Positions 18,745 through 30,448 of a stretch of DNA of 63,780 nt are shown here, piece by piece. The stretch is from Candidatus Solincola quzhuomuensis (lineage in GTDB: Bacteria; Actinomycetota; Geothermincolia; Geothermincolales; RBG-13-55-18). The position numbers and the translations under genes are program-made. How positions within the stretch are numbered: the first letter of the stretch is position 1; each line of letters begins with the position of its first letter. The stretch is from contig JACVJF010000003.1 of the NCBI GenBank assembly GCA_015711855.1, positions 1 through 63,780 of the forward strand, read 5' to 3'. A model generated the notes under the pieces. It saw nothing but the letters and a program-made list of their open reading frames with translations, was not told the DNA's origin and did no database searches.

Positions 18745-19254
18745 TCACCCGTATCGCATCCGATCGAGCAGTTGGCGCACCTCGGGGCTCATCCTGTCCT
18801 CCAGGGTAACCCGCGTCTTTTTGGATATATTTTCCATTTCCCTGCGGATGGTCTCCCTGGCCTCCTTCACCATATCGAAGAGGGCCGGGGCGCCCACGGC
18901 TCCTGCCCCGTAACCCTCCACCATGCGCCGGAGTATCCGGTCGGAGGTGGCTACCGTCACTCGATCCCCGGCGGCCTTCATCCGCACCGCGGCCTCGATG
19001 AAGGAGTCCGCCGTTTGGCGCCTCCTAGTGAACACGGCCACCAATCCTCCCCTGTCCTCCACCACCGGTTCCGGTCCTCCCCACCCGGCGGCATCGAAGA
19101 CCACCAGAACCACTTGGAAATATTCCGGGGACACCAGGGGCAGGAGCTCTCTCAAGAGCCCCTCCCGAGCGGACTCCATATCGCTCTTCACCAACCGGGA
19201 AAGGACCGGATGGGCGTGTATTAGGTTATAACCGTCAACCAGCAGTGCTTCCAA
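18745..19254 (-). CDS. yacP: NYN-domain endoribonuclease, YacP/Rae1 family
   Basis: LLVDGYNLI, VVFDA, TADSFIE, VATSD; follows rlmB as in Firmicutes. Confidence 0.85.
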   Translation of the reverse strand: MEALLVDGYNLIHAHPVLSRLVKSDMESAREGLLRELLPLVSPEYFQVVLVVFDAAGWGGPEPVVEDRGGLVAVFTRRRQTADSFIEAAVRMKAAGDRVTVATSDRILRRMVEGYGAGAVGAPALFDMVKEARETIRREMENISKKTRVTLEDRMSPEVRQLLDRMRYG

Positions 19255-19286
19255 CTATCCGCTCCAGTGTCCCACGATCGCTAGGT

Positions 19287-20027
19287 TCAAACCGTTCCCC
19301 GCTGCCTCATTACCTCGTAAAGGATCACCGCCGTGGCTACCGAGACGTTGAGGGAAGCCACCTTCCCATACATGGGTATCCTGACGAGCACATCGCAATT
19401 CTCGCGCACCAGCCGGTGCATTCCCTCCCCCTCGGAACCGACTACCAAAGCCAGAGGGCCGGTGAGGTCCGTGCGGAAACAGGATTCCTCAGCCCGGGCA
19501 TCGGCTCCCACCACCCACATACCCAGTTTCTTCAGCTCGCGCATCACGCTCACCAGGTTGGGCACGGTGGCCACGACGAGGTTCTCCACGGCTCCCGCCG
19601 AGGAATGGAAGACGGCGGGGGTCACGGGAGCCGAGCGACTGCGCGGCAGCAGCAGCGCGTCCACGCCCACCGCCTCGCAGGTGCGGGCTATGCTTCCCAG
19701 GTTCCGGGGGTCGGTCACCCCGTCCAGCAGTACCACCAGCGGTTCGCTCTTCTCCTCCAGCCCCTTGTATACCTGCTTGAAGGTGGCGTAGCGGTAGGGT
19801 TCGACGCGCAGGACCACCCCCTGGTGATTATCCGAGACGGCCAGCCGCTCCAGTTCCTTCCGTGGTAGGTTGGTCACGGGAACCCTCCGGCGCCGGGCCA
19901 GGGCCAGGATCTCGTCCAGGACCTCGCCGGGACGCAGACCCTCGGCCACCAAGAGCTCGTAGGCGGCCCGCCTTCCTCGCAGGGCCTCCAGGACCGCACG
20001 CTTCCCCTCGACCTGCTCGTACCTCAA
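19287..20027 (-). CDS. rlmB: 23S rRNA G2251 2'-O-methyltransferase
   Basis: HQGVV, LDGVTDPRNLGSIART, GSEGEGM, IPMYGKVASLNVSVA SPOUT motifs. Confidence 0.95.
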   Translation of the reverse strand: MRYEQVEGKRAVLEALRGRRAAYELLVAEGLRPGEVLDEILALARRRRVPVTNLPRKELERLAVSDNHQGVVLRVEPYRYATFKQVYKGLEEKSEPLVVLLDGVTDPRNLGSIARTCEAVGVDALLLPRSRSAPVTPAVFHSSAGAVENLVVATVPNLVSVMRELKKLGMWVVGADARAEESCFRTDLTGPLALVVGSEGEGMHRLVRENCDVLVRIPMYGKVASLNVSVATAVILYEVMRQRGTV

Positions 20028-20179
20028 AGGACCTTCCTCCTCCGCTCGGCCCGCTCCAAACCCCCTTAAACCTCGTCCGCATGCCGATACATAGATTATC
20101 AGGCCCGCATTCCGCAGCGCACGGCGGAAAACTCGTCGGCGACTTGAGGATGGATGGGGGTTTCCCGGGGCGAACTCTA

Positions 20180-21682
<1,503 letters not shown>

Positions 21683-21685
21683 GCC

Positions 21686-22507
21686 TTATCCTCCCGTCTC
21701 CTCCAGGCGATGTTCCCCGTTCCGAACCTCCCCGGTCTCCTCGCTCTCGCTCGCCTCCACACTCTCCCCCGTCAGGGACTTTCCCATGGATAGGCCGATC
21801 TTATTCTCCACTCGCTTCAGTTCCTCCTCCGCCCGGCGGAGTTTCCTCTCCACGGCCTCCAGCTCCTTGTGCGTCCGTTCCAACCTGTCCTCCAATTTGC
21901 GGACCAGGGAGTCCAAGGCCTCTAACCTGTCCGCCACCGGGTCGGGAATGGCCTCGTGGTGGAGGTCGATGACCGGCTCGCCCTCCCTGACCACCACCTT
22001 GCCCGGCACCCCGACCACGGTACAGCGGGGAGGAACGTCGCGGATGACCACCGCTCCCGCTCCCACCTTCGAATCGTCCCCGATGGTTATGGGCCCCAGC
22101 ACTTTGGCTCCCGCAGCGATGACCACGTTCCTGCCCACGGTGGGGTGCCGCTTCCCCTTCTCCTTTCCCGTACCGCCCAAAGTCACTCCCTGATAGAGGG
22201 TGACGTTGTCCCCTACTTCCGCCGTTTCCCCGATGACCACGCCCATACCGTGATCTATGAACACACCCTTGCCTATCTTGGCCCCGGGGTGAATCTCTAT
22301 GCCCGTCAGCCAGCGGTTGAGGTGGGAGATCAGGCGGGGCACCACCGGAAGCCCCTTTTTCCACAGCCAATGAGCCAGGCGATGCATCCACAGGGCGTGC
22401 ACCCCCGGATAGGCGAGAAGGATCTCCAGGATGCTGCGGGCGGCGGGATCCCTGTCCCGCGCCGCCTGTATGTCCGTCTTCAGGGTTTCCAACATCTCCC
22501 GCCACAT
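21686..22507 (-). CDS. cysE: Serine O-acetyltransferase
   Basis: [34 protein letters not shown] hexapeptide repeats; coiled-coil tail. Confidence 0.95.
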   Translation of the reverse strand: MWREMLETLKTDIQAARDRDPAARSILEILLAYPGVHALWMHRLAHWLWKKGLPVVPRLISHLNRWLTGIEIHPGAKIGKGVFIDHGMGVVIGETAEVGDNVTLYQGVTLGGTGKEKGKRHPTVGRNVVIAAGAKVLGPITIGDDSKVGAGAVVIRDVPPRCTVVGVPGKVVVREGEPVIDLHHEAIPDPVADRLEALDSLVRKLEDRLERTHKELEAVERKLRRAEEELKRVENKIGLSMGKSLTGESVEASESEETGEVRNGEHRLEETGG

Positions 22508-22611
22508 TTCCTACTCTTTCCTCCGAGGCGATGAATCCACCTCTTCCCTCCGGCGTAACCGGCGTAATGAATATTATAAAGGCTCATAAAGGCGGCGGGC
22601 CGCAACGGAGG

Positions 22612-24042
22612 TCAGGCGTCCGACCCGGCCAGGGCCTGCCGCAAACGGCGCAGGCACTCTCCCTTGCCCAGCACGTAGAGGAGATAGTGAAGCCCGGGTC
22701 CGTGGTCCTTTCCGGTCAGGGCCACCCGCAGGGGCATGAGGATCTCTCTCGGTTTGACGTCCTTCTCCGCGAAGGCCCTTTTCAGCTCGCCCACCACCTC
22801 CCTGGCGCTTTCCAGGTCCGCCAGCTCCCGGCGGTCCAGGATGTCCGCCGCTTTTTCCAGGACCCTCACGGCCACCTCTCCGCGCAGCCACTCCGCGGTC
22901 TTCTCATCCGGAGGCGCCTTTGTGCCGTAGGTCTGCAGGTATCGCGGCAAATCGCCCAGAGTGGTAATATTATCCAAAACGGATTCCACCATCACCGGGA
23001 AGAGCGCATGACCAGACCACTCCGGAGCGAAACCCCTGGCCGCCTCCACCACCTCCGAGAGGGACATGCGCCGGATGTGCTTCCCGTTCAGCCAATCCAG
23101 GCGCTCCCGATCGAAAACGGCGGGGCTGGAAGATAGGTCACCTATATCGAACAGCTCCAGGAGCTCCTGCAGGTCGAGTACCTCCCGACCCTCCGGCGGG
23201 GACCAGGAGAGCAGGGCCAGGTAGTTGGTCAGGGCTTGCGGTAGGTAGCCCATCTCCCGATATTCCCGTACCGCAGTAGCGCCGTGACGCTTGCTCATCT
23301 TCCCGCCGTCAGGCCCCAGGAGCAAGGAATGGTGAAGGTACATGGGGGGCGTATAGCCAAGGGCATCGAAGAGGAGGAGGTGTCGTGCCGTGTTGGTCAG
23401 ATGATCCTCTCCCCGTATGACATGGGTGATGCCCATGGTGGCGTCGTCCACCACGCCCGCCAGGTGAAAACCCGCCCTTCCGTCGGAACGTATGAGGACG
23501 AAGTCCCCGATGCTGTCCGGCGGGAAGCGGACGAAGCCGTGGAGCAGGTCCTGGAAGGACACCTCCCTTTCCGGAACCCGGAATCGCACCGCCGGCCTCC
23601 TTCCCTGTTCCTCCAGCTCCCGCCTGCGCGCGGAGGAGAGCTCGCGACAGGTCCCGTCGTAGATCGGCGTCCTTCCCTCGGAAAGCGCCCTTTCCTTTTT
23701 CTCTTGCAGTTCCTCCGGGGTGCAGTAACAGGGATAAGTCAAGCCCTTTTCCTCCAGGAGAGCGGCGTGCTCGCGGTAGATCTCGCCCCGCTCGCTCTGG
23801 CGGTAGGGAGCATGCGGCCCCCCTACGTCCGGTCCCTCGTCCCAGTCCAGGCCCAGCCAGCGCAGGTCGAAGAGGATGGCCTCCTCCATCTCCCGGCTCG
23901 ACCTTCCTACGTCCGTATCCTCTATGCGCAGGACGACGCTTCCGCCCTGACCGCGCGCGAATAGCCAATTGAAAAGCGCGGTTCTGGCCGACCCCAGATG
24001 AAGGTATCCGGTGGGGGAAGGGGCAAACCTCACTCTGACCAT
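22612..24042 (-). CDS. gltX: Glutamate--tRNA ligase
   Basis: RFAPSPTGYLHLG, LRIEDTD, CYCT..YDGxC, KMSKR; start placed at ATG 24042. Confidence 0.95.
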   Translation of the reverse strand: MVRVRFAPSPTGYLHLGSARTALFNWLFARGQGGSVVLRIEDTDVGRSSREMEEAILFDLRWLGLDWDEGPDVGGPHAPYRQSERGEIYREHAALLEEKGLTYPCYCTPEELQEKKERALSEGRTPIYDGTCRELSSARRRELEEQGRRPAVRFRVPEREVSFQDLLHGFVRFPPDSIGDFVLIRSDGRAGFHLAGVVDDATMGITHVIRGEDHLTNTARHLLLFDALGYTPPMYLHHSLLLGPDGGKMSKRHGATAVREYREMGYLPQALTNYLALLSWSPPEGREVLDLQELLELFDIGDLSSSPAVFDRERLDWLNGKHIRRMSLSEVVEAARGFAPEWSGHALFPVMVESVLDNITTLGDLPRYLQTYGTKAPPDEKTAEWLRGEVAVRVLEKAADILDRRELADLESAREVVGELKRAFAEKDVKPREILMPLRVALTGKDHGPGLHYLLYVLGKGECLRRLRQALAGSDA

Positions 24043-24261
24043 TAGATCCGCCTTTCCTAGTGTCTCGGGCTCAGCCTTCCGAAAGACGCCATATGAAGCC
24101 GCTTTCCTATAATAACCTCTCACGAGGTCAAGATGACCGCCGGCCTTCAGGTGCGGGGTCGCAGGAGGGAATTCTTCGTCAACTTATCGAACTCGTCAAG
24201 AGAATCGTCTTAAAGAAGGGCCGCCGCAGACACCGACCGGGGGGAAAGGACTGCAAGCCGT

Positions 24262-25338
24262 TCAGCGCGGGATTACCTCCACCAGAAGGTCTCCGTCTTC
24301 TTTCAGTTCCCACTCCACCTCGCTTTCCCCCCCGAAGGCTATCTCGAAAAGACCTTGGGTCAAACCCACGCCCAGCAGCGGCAGGGCCACGTTCTCCATC
24401 TTCAGCTGCACGCCTCTTCTTCCTATGCGCAGGTATGCGAGGTATCCCAGTCCCCGAACGGCCAGCTTCTCCCGCATGCCCTCTTCCCCGGTAACCTCCT
24501 CCACACCGAAAAAGCCGGACTTGACGAAGCGCCTCTGGGCCTCCACGACCACCTTGGGAATAGTTTCCCCGAGTTCGGCCTCCAGCTCCTCGAAGACGGG
24601 ATCGATGATGGATGGACCGGTCAGCACCATGCGTCGACCGGTGGCCGTGCTCCTTATGGAGCCGTTGGCCAGGTCCCACTTGAACTCACGGAGCGCCAAG
24701 GGGGCATCGCATGAAGAGCACCTTTCCATCCGCCACTCGGCTCTCTTGTACTCGCGCGCATAAGCGGACCAGCGCAACCTGCTCTTGAGCTCGGGCGGGT
24801 TCGGGGACTCGAAGACGGTTATGCAGAAAACCCCGGGCGAAGTCTCCTCATATTCCACCCCGGGCTCCCTTCCCACCAGGGCTTCCACGGACCCGGCTAA
24901 ACTCCCTACCGCCAGCGGGACGGAAAAAGGGCGCTCCGCGAGAACGGTGATGAAGTCGTCTTCCTTGCCTTCATACTTGATGTCCACCAGGTTGAGCACG
25001 CCGTAACCCATGGCCTTCCAGATGAGAAAGGTGGGCTCAATGATAAGCTTCAGGTCTACCCCGCCCTCCGCGACCGTCTCCCTGACGTCCTCCGGCACCA
25101 CACCGCGCATGTAATCGCGTGCCGATCTTCGCGAGGCATCCACTACCAGGCGGTCGATGGGAAGGCCGATCAACTCGGATATCCCGTTGAAGAGGGGATC
25201 CAAATTTCCACACTCGAAGAGGACCAGTCTCTGTTTCGCTTCCCTTCGGGACTGGATCACTCCGTTCTCCGTCCAGGCGTGCTGACTGCTGATATAGAGG
25301 GGTAATCCGCACTGAGTGCAAGTTTCGAAAGCGTGCAT
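24262..25338 (-). CDS. Hypothetical protein with tandem CxxC + V4R-like modules (paralogue 1)
   Basis: 358-aa ORF with RBS; internal duplication; colinear with 37254-38324. Confidence 0.8.
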   Translation of the reverse strand: MHAFETCTQCGLPLYISSQHAWTENGVIQSRREAKQRLVLFECGNLDPLFNGISELIGLPIDRLVVDASRRSARDYMRGVVPEDVRETVAEGGVDLKLIIEPTFLIWKAMGYGVLNLVDIKYEGKEDDFITVLAERPFSVPLAVGSLAGSVEALVGREPGVEYEETSPGVFCITVFESPNPPELKSRLRWSAYAREYKRAEWRMERCSSCDAPLALREFKWDLANGSIRSTATGRRMVLTGPSIIDPVFEELEAELGETIPKVVVEAQRRFVKSGFFGVEEVTGEEGMREKLAVRGLGYLAYLRIGRRGVQLKMENVALPLLGVGLTQGLFEIAFGGESEVEWELKEDGDLLVEVIPR

Positions 25339-25503
25339 TACCGCATGGCTCCTTCGGCTCCCATAGGACTAAAAAGGCGATCCTCGCCGTGGGCACGATC
25401 TCAGCCCTACTCTTTCCGGCAGGTTGGGGACTTCCCGGTTCAGCGAGCCGATATCCTCTCGAACGTTGCTTGTGAGGACGGGTTCACCCGTCGATGCGGT
25501 GAT

Positions 25504-25532
25504 ATTATATCCGTTGCCAAACAGCCGAACAA
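25504..25532 (-). promoter_or_regulatory. Promoter TTGTTC-N17-TATAAT upstream of paralogue 1
   Basis: Canonical spacing, about 165 nt before the ATG. Confidence 0.5.
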
Positions 25533-25570
25533 GCCGGTTGTCCGTACTTCCGGCGGCACGGATCCAGCGA

Positions 25571-26206
25571 TCACTTACCCTCCACCATGAAGCGAACGTG
25601 CTCGCCTATATCCACGGCATGGTCAGCGATACGTTCGAAGAAGCGAGCGATCATCACGATGCGCACCGCCACCTCCAGTTCTTCCTCCCTTCCGCGGTCG
25701 AACTCCTTGAAAAAGCCGCGGTAGAGGCGGTCCACTGCGTCGTCCATGGCATCCAGCTCCCGGGCCATCTCCACGTTGCGTTCCTTAAAGCATTCCATGG
25801 CCCTCTCCACTAGCCGGATGGCCCGACGAGCCATCTCGTCAATGGCCTCCCTTATCCAAGAGTGAATCCGGTCTACACGGATGTTCTTAACCGCCATCGC
25901 TATGTCCTCGCAGAGGTCCGCCATGCGCTCGAACTTCTGGGCGATACGCATGATGACGATTATCAGCCGCAGGTCGATGGCCACGGGGGCCTGCCGCGCG
26001 AGCAGTTCGAGCCCTCCCTCCTCCAGCCGGTTGCGGTAATCGTCGAAAAGATCGTCCCCGGCGATGATGTCATCCGCCGCATCCCTGTCGAGCTCCAGGA
26101 AACACAGGCGGGTCTTCTCTATGATGCGCAGGAGGTCGCTGCCCATGCGCAGGGTCTCCTCGTAAAGCTCATTTAGCCTCTGGTGAAAATCCTTTCTGGC
26201 CTCCAA
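25571..26206 (-). CDS. phoU: Phosphate signalling protein PhoU
   Basis: QAPVAIDLR, ERMADL, DDAVD, FERIADHAVDI; TTG start after GAGGAG (GTG 26233 is an alternative). Confidence 0.93.
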   Translation of the reverse strand: MEARKDFHQRLNELYEETLRMGSDLLRIIEKTRLCFLELDRDAADDIIAGDDLFDDYRNRLEEGGLELLARQAPVAIDLRLIIVIMRIAQKFERMADLCEDIAMAVKNIRVDRIHSWIREAIDEMARRAIRLVERAMECFKERNVEMARELDAMDDAVDRLYRGFFKEFDRGREEELEVAVRIVMIARFFERIADHAVDIGEHVRFMVEGK

Positions 26207-26370
26207 AACATCTCTCCTCTCAACGCTCGTCACGCTCCGCGAGGGTTTCCCCGCCTCACCCCCTTAGGAACTAAGCCGGCCGGAATCTCTTCACGCAGGC
26301 CTTCCCCTTTTCCGGACCCGGATCCCCTCGCTTCGGGCGGCGCGCCCTCCTGGGACCTGGCGGCGCCCTT

Positions 26371-27171
26371 TCAACCGAATCTGCCCGTAATATACCTTTC
26401 CGTCCTCTCGTCCGCGGGAGCGGTGAAGATCGTACCCGTCTCCCCGAACTCCACCAGCCTGCCTGGGTCGCCTTGGCACCCGATGAGGAAAAAGGCGGTA
26501 TAATCGCTTATTCTTGCCGCCTGTTGCATGTTGTGGGTCACGATCACTATCGTATACTTTTCCCTTAACTCCGAGAGCAGGTCTTCTATACGCTGAGTGG
26601 CGATGGGGTCCAGGGCCGAACACGGCTCGTCGAGGAGGATGACCTCCGGCTCCACCGCCAGGACCCGCGCGATGCACAGCCTCTGCTGCTGTCCGCCGGA
26701 GAGGGCCAGGGCCGGCTCCTTGAGCTTATCCCTCACCTCTTCCCATAAAGCCGCTTTCTTGAGGCTGGACTCCACGATCTCGTCAAGCTGGGCCCTCTCC
26801 TTGATCCCCAGGATCCGCGGCCCGAAGGCAACGTTCTCGTAAACGGTCTTGGGAAAAGGGTTGGGTTTCTGAAAGACCATCCCCACCTTCTGCCGCAACG
26901 CGGTCACGTCGCATTCCCTACGGTAAACATCCTCTCCGTCCAGGAGGACCTCCCCTTCCACGCGACAGCCCTCCACCAAGTCGTTCATTCGGTTAAGGCA
27001 ACGGAGAAAGGAGGATTTTCCGCAACCGGAGGGACCGATTATGGCCGTGATCTTGCGCTCCGGTATATCCATAGTGATATCTTCCAGTATCTTCCTCTCG
27101 CCGTAATAGAGACTCATGCTTCCCAGGCGGAACTTGGCCTCGCCGTCCACGGCGGCTTGATTGTGAACCAT
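26371..27171 (-). CDS. pstB: Phosphate ABC transporter ATPase
   Basis: [49 protein letters not shown]. Confidence 0.97.
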   Translation of the reverse strand: MVHNQAAVDGEAKFRLGSMSLYYGERKILEDITMDIPERKITAIIGPSGCGKSSFLRCLNRMNDLVEGCRVEGEVLLDGEDVYRRECDVTALRQKVGMVFQKPNPFPKTVYENVAFGPRILGIKERAQLDEIVESSLKKAALWEEVRDKLKEPALALSGGQQQRLCIARVLAVEPEVILLDEPCSALDPIATQRIEDLLSELREKYTIVIVTHNMQQAARISDYTAFFLIGCQGDPGRLVEFGETGTIFTAPADERTERYITGRFG

Positions 27172-27280
27172 CTCCAACTCCTTCAGGCTTGAAGAACGAC
27201 CGATTCCGCCCGTGTCTACCACCTCGTGCTGGGACCGGCTCTCGGCTGTCCTCGCCCTTACCTCCGCCACGGTCAACACC

Positions 27281-28252
27281 TCATGTCCTGTAACCCGTCT
27301 TCCTCCTGACCACGCTCGCCGCCAACCTCGCCAGGAGGTTCAGAACCAGCACGACGATGAGGAGAAAAGCCGCTTCGCCGCTGGCCACGCGGAACCAGTC
27401 CGGGACCAACGCACCTTCGGTATACATATGCCATATATTGGCAGCCATGGGGGCCGCCGGTTGAAAGGGCGACCAGGGTACTTTGCGCACGAAAAGCCCC
27501 ACGGTGTATATGACCGCAGCGCTCTCGCCCACTATCCGTCCCGCCGATAGGATGGCTCCCGTGGTTATACCTGGCATGGCCACGGGCAACACGACCTTCT
27601 TCACCGTTTCCCATCGCGTGCACCCCATGGCCAAAGCCGCTTCGCGGTAAGATTTGGGAACGGATTTGACGGCCTCCTCCGCGGAACGCATCACCGTGGG
27701 CAGGTTCAGAAGGGTGAGGGTCAGGGCTCCGGCCAGCAGGGAATATCCCAGACCCAGGTAGATGACGAAGACCACCATGCCGAAGATACCGAAGACCACC
27801 GAGGGGACTGCGGAAAGGGAGTCCGCGCCGAAACGCACCAGTCGCGCCACCCGACCTTCCCCGGCGAACTCCGACATGTAGATAGCCGCCCCTACCCCGA
27901 GGGGGATGACCAAAAGAAGGGTAAGGGCGGCCAGGTAGAAAGACGAAACCACCATGGGCCATATGCCTCCCCCCTCCCTCATGGCCTGAGGCTTGCCGAA
28001 AACAAATGAGGGAGTGAGAGCAGTGCTAAGCCCGTTCCAGAGGATGACGCCGAGAACCAGGGCCACAAGAGCCAGGGCCAACAGGGCAAAGGCCCATATC
28101 ACCACCGTAGCCGCGCGATCGGCAAGGAACTGCCCGGAGCGCCGTTTGCCTCGCTCCTTCGGGGACGGGGTCTCTTCTCTCAACTTAGGGCGAACCTCGG
28201 TAGAAACACCGACTTTCTCCCTTGTCGCCAAGGCACTCCCTCCGTACTTCAT
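27281..28252 (-). CDS. pstA: Phosphate ABC transporter permease
   Basis: [26 protein letters not shown]. Confidence 0.93.
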   Translation of the reverse strand: MKYGGSALATREKVGVSTEVRPKLREETPSPKERGKRRSGQFLADRAATVVIWAFALLALALVALVLGVILWNGLSTALTPSFVFGKPQAMREGGGIWPMVVSSFYLAALTLLLVIPLGVGAAIYMSEFAGEGRVARLVRFGADSLSAVPSVVFGIFGMVVFVIYLGLGYSLLAGALTLTLLNLPTVMRSAEEAVKSVPKSYREAALAMGCTRWETVKKVVLPVAMPGITTGAILSAGRIVGESAAVIYTVGLFVRKVPWSPFQPAAPMAANIWHMYTEGALVPDWFRVASGEAAFLLIVVLVLNLLARLAASVVRRKTGYRT

Positions 28253-29119
28253 CTACTCGACCCACCCCTCATATCTCCGGGCCTTGGAAACCCGGCGCAC
28301 CAGGACGACCAGAGCCATGGCTAAAAAGAGCAGGACCAACCCCATGGCGAAGAGGGAGGAGCGCTGCACTCCCGTGGACTCCCCCATCTCCATGAGTATC
28401 TTGGTAGTCAGCGTGTGGGTGGGGGAGGTGAGAGAGGTGGGGAACACCGAGGCGGGACCGATGACCATGGCCACGGCCATGGTCTCCCCTACGGCCCTGC
28501 CCATCCCCAGAATGACCGCGGCCAGGATGCCGTGGCGCGCCGCCGGCAGGATCACTCGAAAGATAGTCTGCCAGCGGGTTGCTCCGAGAGCCAGCGAAGC
28601 CTGCGCATAGGAGGAGGGAACGGCCTCCAGGGCATCCCGGGAAATGGCGGTGATGGTCGGAACGACCATCACGGCAAGGATTATGGAGGCCGCCAGGATA
28701 CCGCTTCCGGAACTTCCCGTCACGCTCCTTATCCAGGGCACGAGCATGGTGAAACCGAGCCAGCCCAGAACTATGGAAGGAACCCCGGCGAGTACTTCCA
28801 CGGCCCTCGAAAACAGCCCACGGGAACGCCGGGGGGCAACCTGGGTGAGGAAAAGGGCCAAGCTCAGGGCCAGGGGGGTGCCCAGGAGGAGCCCCCCGGC
28901 GGTGGTGGTCAGGGTTCCCACCAAGAAGACCAACATCCCGTAGCGCCCTTCGCGCGGGTTCCACGTGGCGGAGAAGAGGTTGGCCGGTCCGGCCTTCCTG
29001 AAGGCCGGAAGGCTTTCCTTGACCATGAAGAAGACGACCAGGGCTAGGCCCACCACAACCACCATGGCCGTCACCATGAGGGTCTTCCTCACCAGCCATT
29101 CCCTGCTTATCGAGGTCAT
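28253..29119 (-). CDS. pstC: Phosphate ABC transporter permease
   Basis: LAGVPSIVLG, ASLALGATRWQTI, GRAVGETMAV. Confidence 0.93.
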   Translation of the reverse strand: MTSISREWLVRKTLMVTAMVVVVGLALVVFFMVKESLPAFRKAGPANLFSATWNPREGRYGMLVFLVGTLTTTAGGLLLGTPLALSLALFLTQVAPRRSRGLFSRAVEVLAGVPSIVLGWLGFTMLVPWIRSVTGSSGSGILAASIILAVMVVPTITAISRDALEAVPSSYAQASLALGATRWQTIFRVILPAARHGILAAVILGMGRAVGETMAVAMVIGPASVFPTSLTSPTHTLTTKILMEMGESTGVQRSSLFAMGLVLLFLAMALVVLVRRVSKARRYEGWVE

Positions 29120-29163
29120 CCTGCTCCTCTTCTCCCGTCACTTTCCTTAACGGCAAGACGGCG

Positions 29164-29182
29164 GCCGGGGGCGAGCCCCGGC
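29164..29182. terminator. GC hairpin between pstS and pstC (possible mRNA-stabilising or attenuating stem)
   Basis: GCCGGGG-GCGAG-CCCCGGC, no U-tract. Confidence 0.35.
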
Positions 29183-29205
29183 ACACCCTTGACCTTCGTG
29201 CTCTA

Positions 29206-30069
29206 TTAGATCCTTGTCATGGGGACATATTCCTTGGCCACCACCTCGTCCTGGAACCGGTCCGAAAGGACGAAGTCTATGAAGGCCTTAACCAGTCCGG
29301 AGGCCTCCCCCTTGGTGAACATGTGCAAGTATCGGGATAGCGGGTAGGTCTTGCTGACCGCGTTTTCCACGCTGGCCGCCACCCCGTCGTACTTCAAGGC
29401 CTTCACCGAATTGTCGAGGTATCCGAGGGATATATACCCGATGGAGAAGGGGGTGGAGGAAACCGTCTGTCGCACGATCCCGTTGCTGTTGCACTCGATG
29501 GCCCCGGCCACCGGCTTCTCCTTCCCCAGGGCTTTCTCGTCGAACATCTCGCGGGTCCCGGAGGCCTCATCCCGTACGACCACTTTGACGGCCTGATCCG
29601 GCCCTCCCACTTCCTTCCAATTGGTTATCTTCCCCGTAAAGATGCCCTTGACTTGGTCCTTGGTGAGGTTATCCACGGGTACTTCCTTATGGGCTATGAC
29701 CACGATGACGTCGAGGGCTATCCTGTGGTCCACGAGCCCCAAACTCCTCTCCTCGTCCTTCAGCTCACGGGAGGAATTGCCTATGTCCACCACGCCCTCG
29801 GCCACATTGGAGATGCCCACGCTGGAACCGCCGCCCTGCACGTTCACCGTCACCTCGGGGTTTTCGTCCATGAACATCTCCGCGGCCTCCTGAGCGATGG
29901 GGAGCACCGTGGTGGAACCGGAGAGGCTCAGGGTCCCCGACAGCTTCGGCCTCTCCTCCTCGCCCTCGGTCTCCTTCCCGCCTCCGCCGCAGCCCGTCGC
30001 CAATACCGCCGATATAAGGACCAGCGTAAGCACGACGGCAGCGGAGTAAAGGAACTTTTTACCGGCCAT
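29206..30069 (-). CDS. pstS: Phosphate-binding lipoprotein
   Basis: Lipobox LATGC, SGSTTVLP, QGGGSSVG, RDEASGTR, YPLSRYL. Confidence 0.95.
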   Translation of the reverse strand: MAGKKFLYSAAVVLTLVLISAVLATGCGGGGKETEGEEERPKLSGTLSLSGSTTVLPIAQEAAEMFMDENPEVTVNVQGGGSSVGISNVAEGVVDIGNSSRELKDEERSLGLVDHRIALDVIVVIAHKEVPVDNLTKDQVKGIFTGKITNWKEVGGPDQAVKVVVRDEASGTREMFDEKALGKEKPVAGAIECNSNGIVRQTVSSTPFSIGYISLGYLDNSVKALKYDGVAASVENAVSKTYPLSRYLHMFTKGEASGLVKAFIDFVLSDRFQDEVVAKEYVPMTRI

Positions 30070-30193
30070 ACTTTACCTCCTTTTCGGCTTCTTGCCGGGC
30101 AGGTCGCCTCCCGGCTCGTACGTCGTCGCCAACACGCTTCCGGAACGCAGGGGAACCAGGATTTCTTTCATGTCCTTTCCTCTTCCTACGTCG

Positions 30194-30270
30194 ATTACAG
30201 GGGTGCCCATTTAAAAGTGGGTTGAGGGCAAGTAAATTCTTGGATAAGGAAAGATTAAATCCTGTTTAAA
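30194..30270 (-). promoter_or_regulatory. Pho-box-like array (six 7-mers at exact 11-bp period) plus -10 for pstS
   Basis: TTTAAAC, TTTAATC, CTTATCC, ATTTACT, CTCAACC, TTTAAAT starting at 30270/59/48/37/26/15, then 9 nt and TGTAAT. Confidence 0.65.
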
Positions 30271-30448
30271 AGGTGAACCTCGACGTCGTTCCGCGTGCCG
30301 TTCCCGCTCAAGGCGCAAGGTAGCACATCGCCAGTGACGCTATAGAGGCCTTCGCCCTGCTTCAACCCGATATCTTCCGCACGGCGACGGGACTTCCTCG
30401 CCTCAAGGACTCCCGATGGGGGAAAGCCTCCAAGCGGTGCAATGATGC

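Noticed and set aside
25336-25346. Met-Arg-stop mini-ORFs overlapping the main start here and at 58536-58544
   Set aside because: Their ATGs lie only 2 nt from the SD, too close for initiation; the main ATGs have normal spacing
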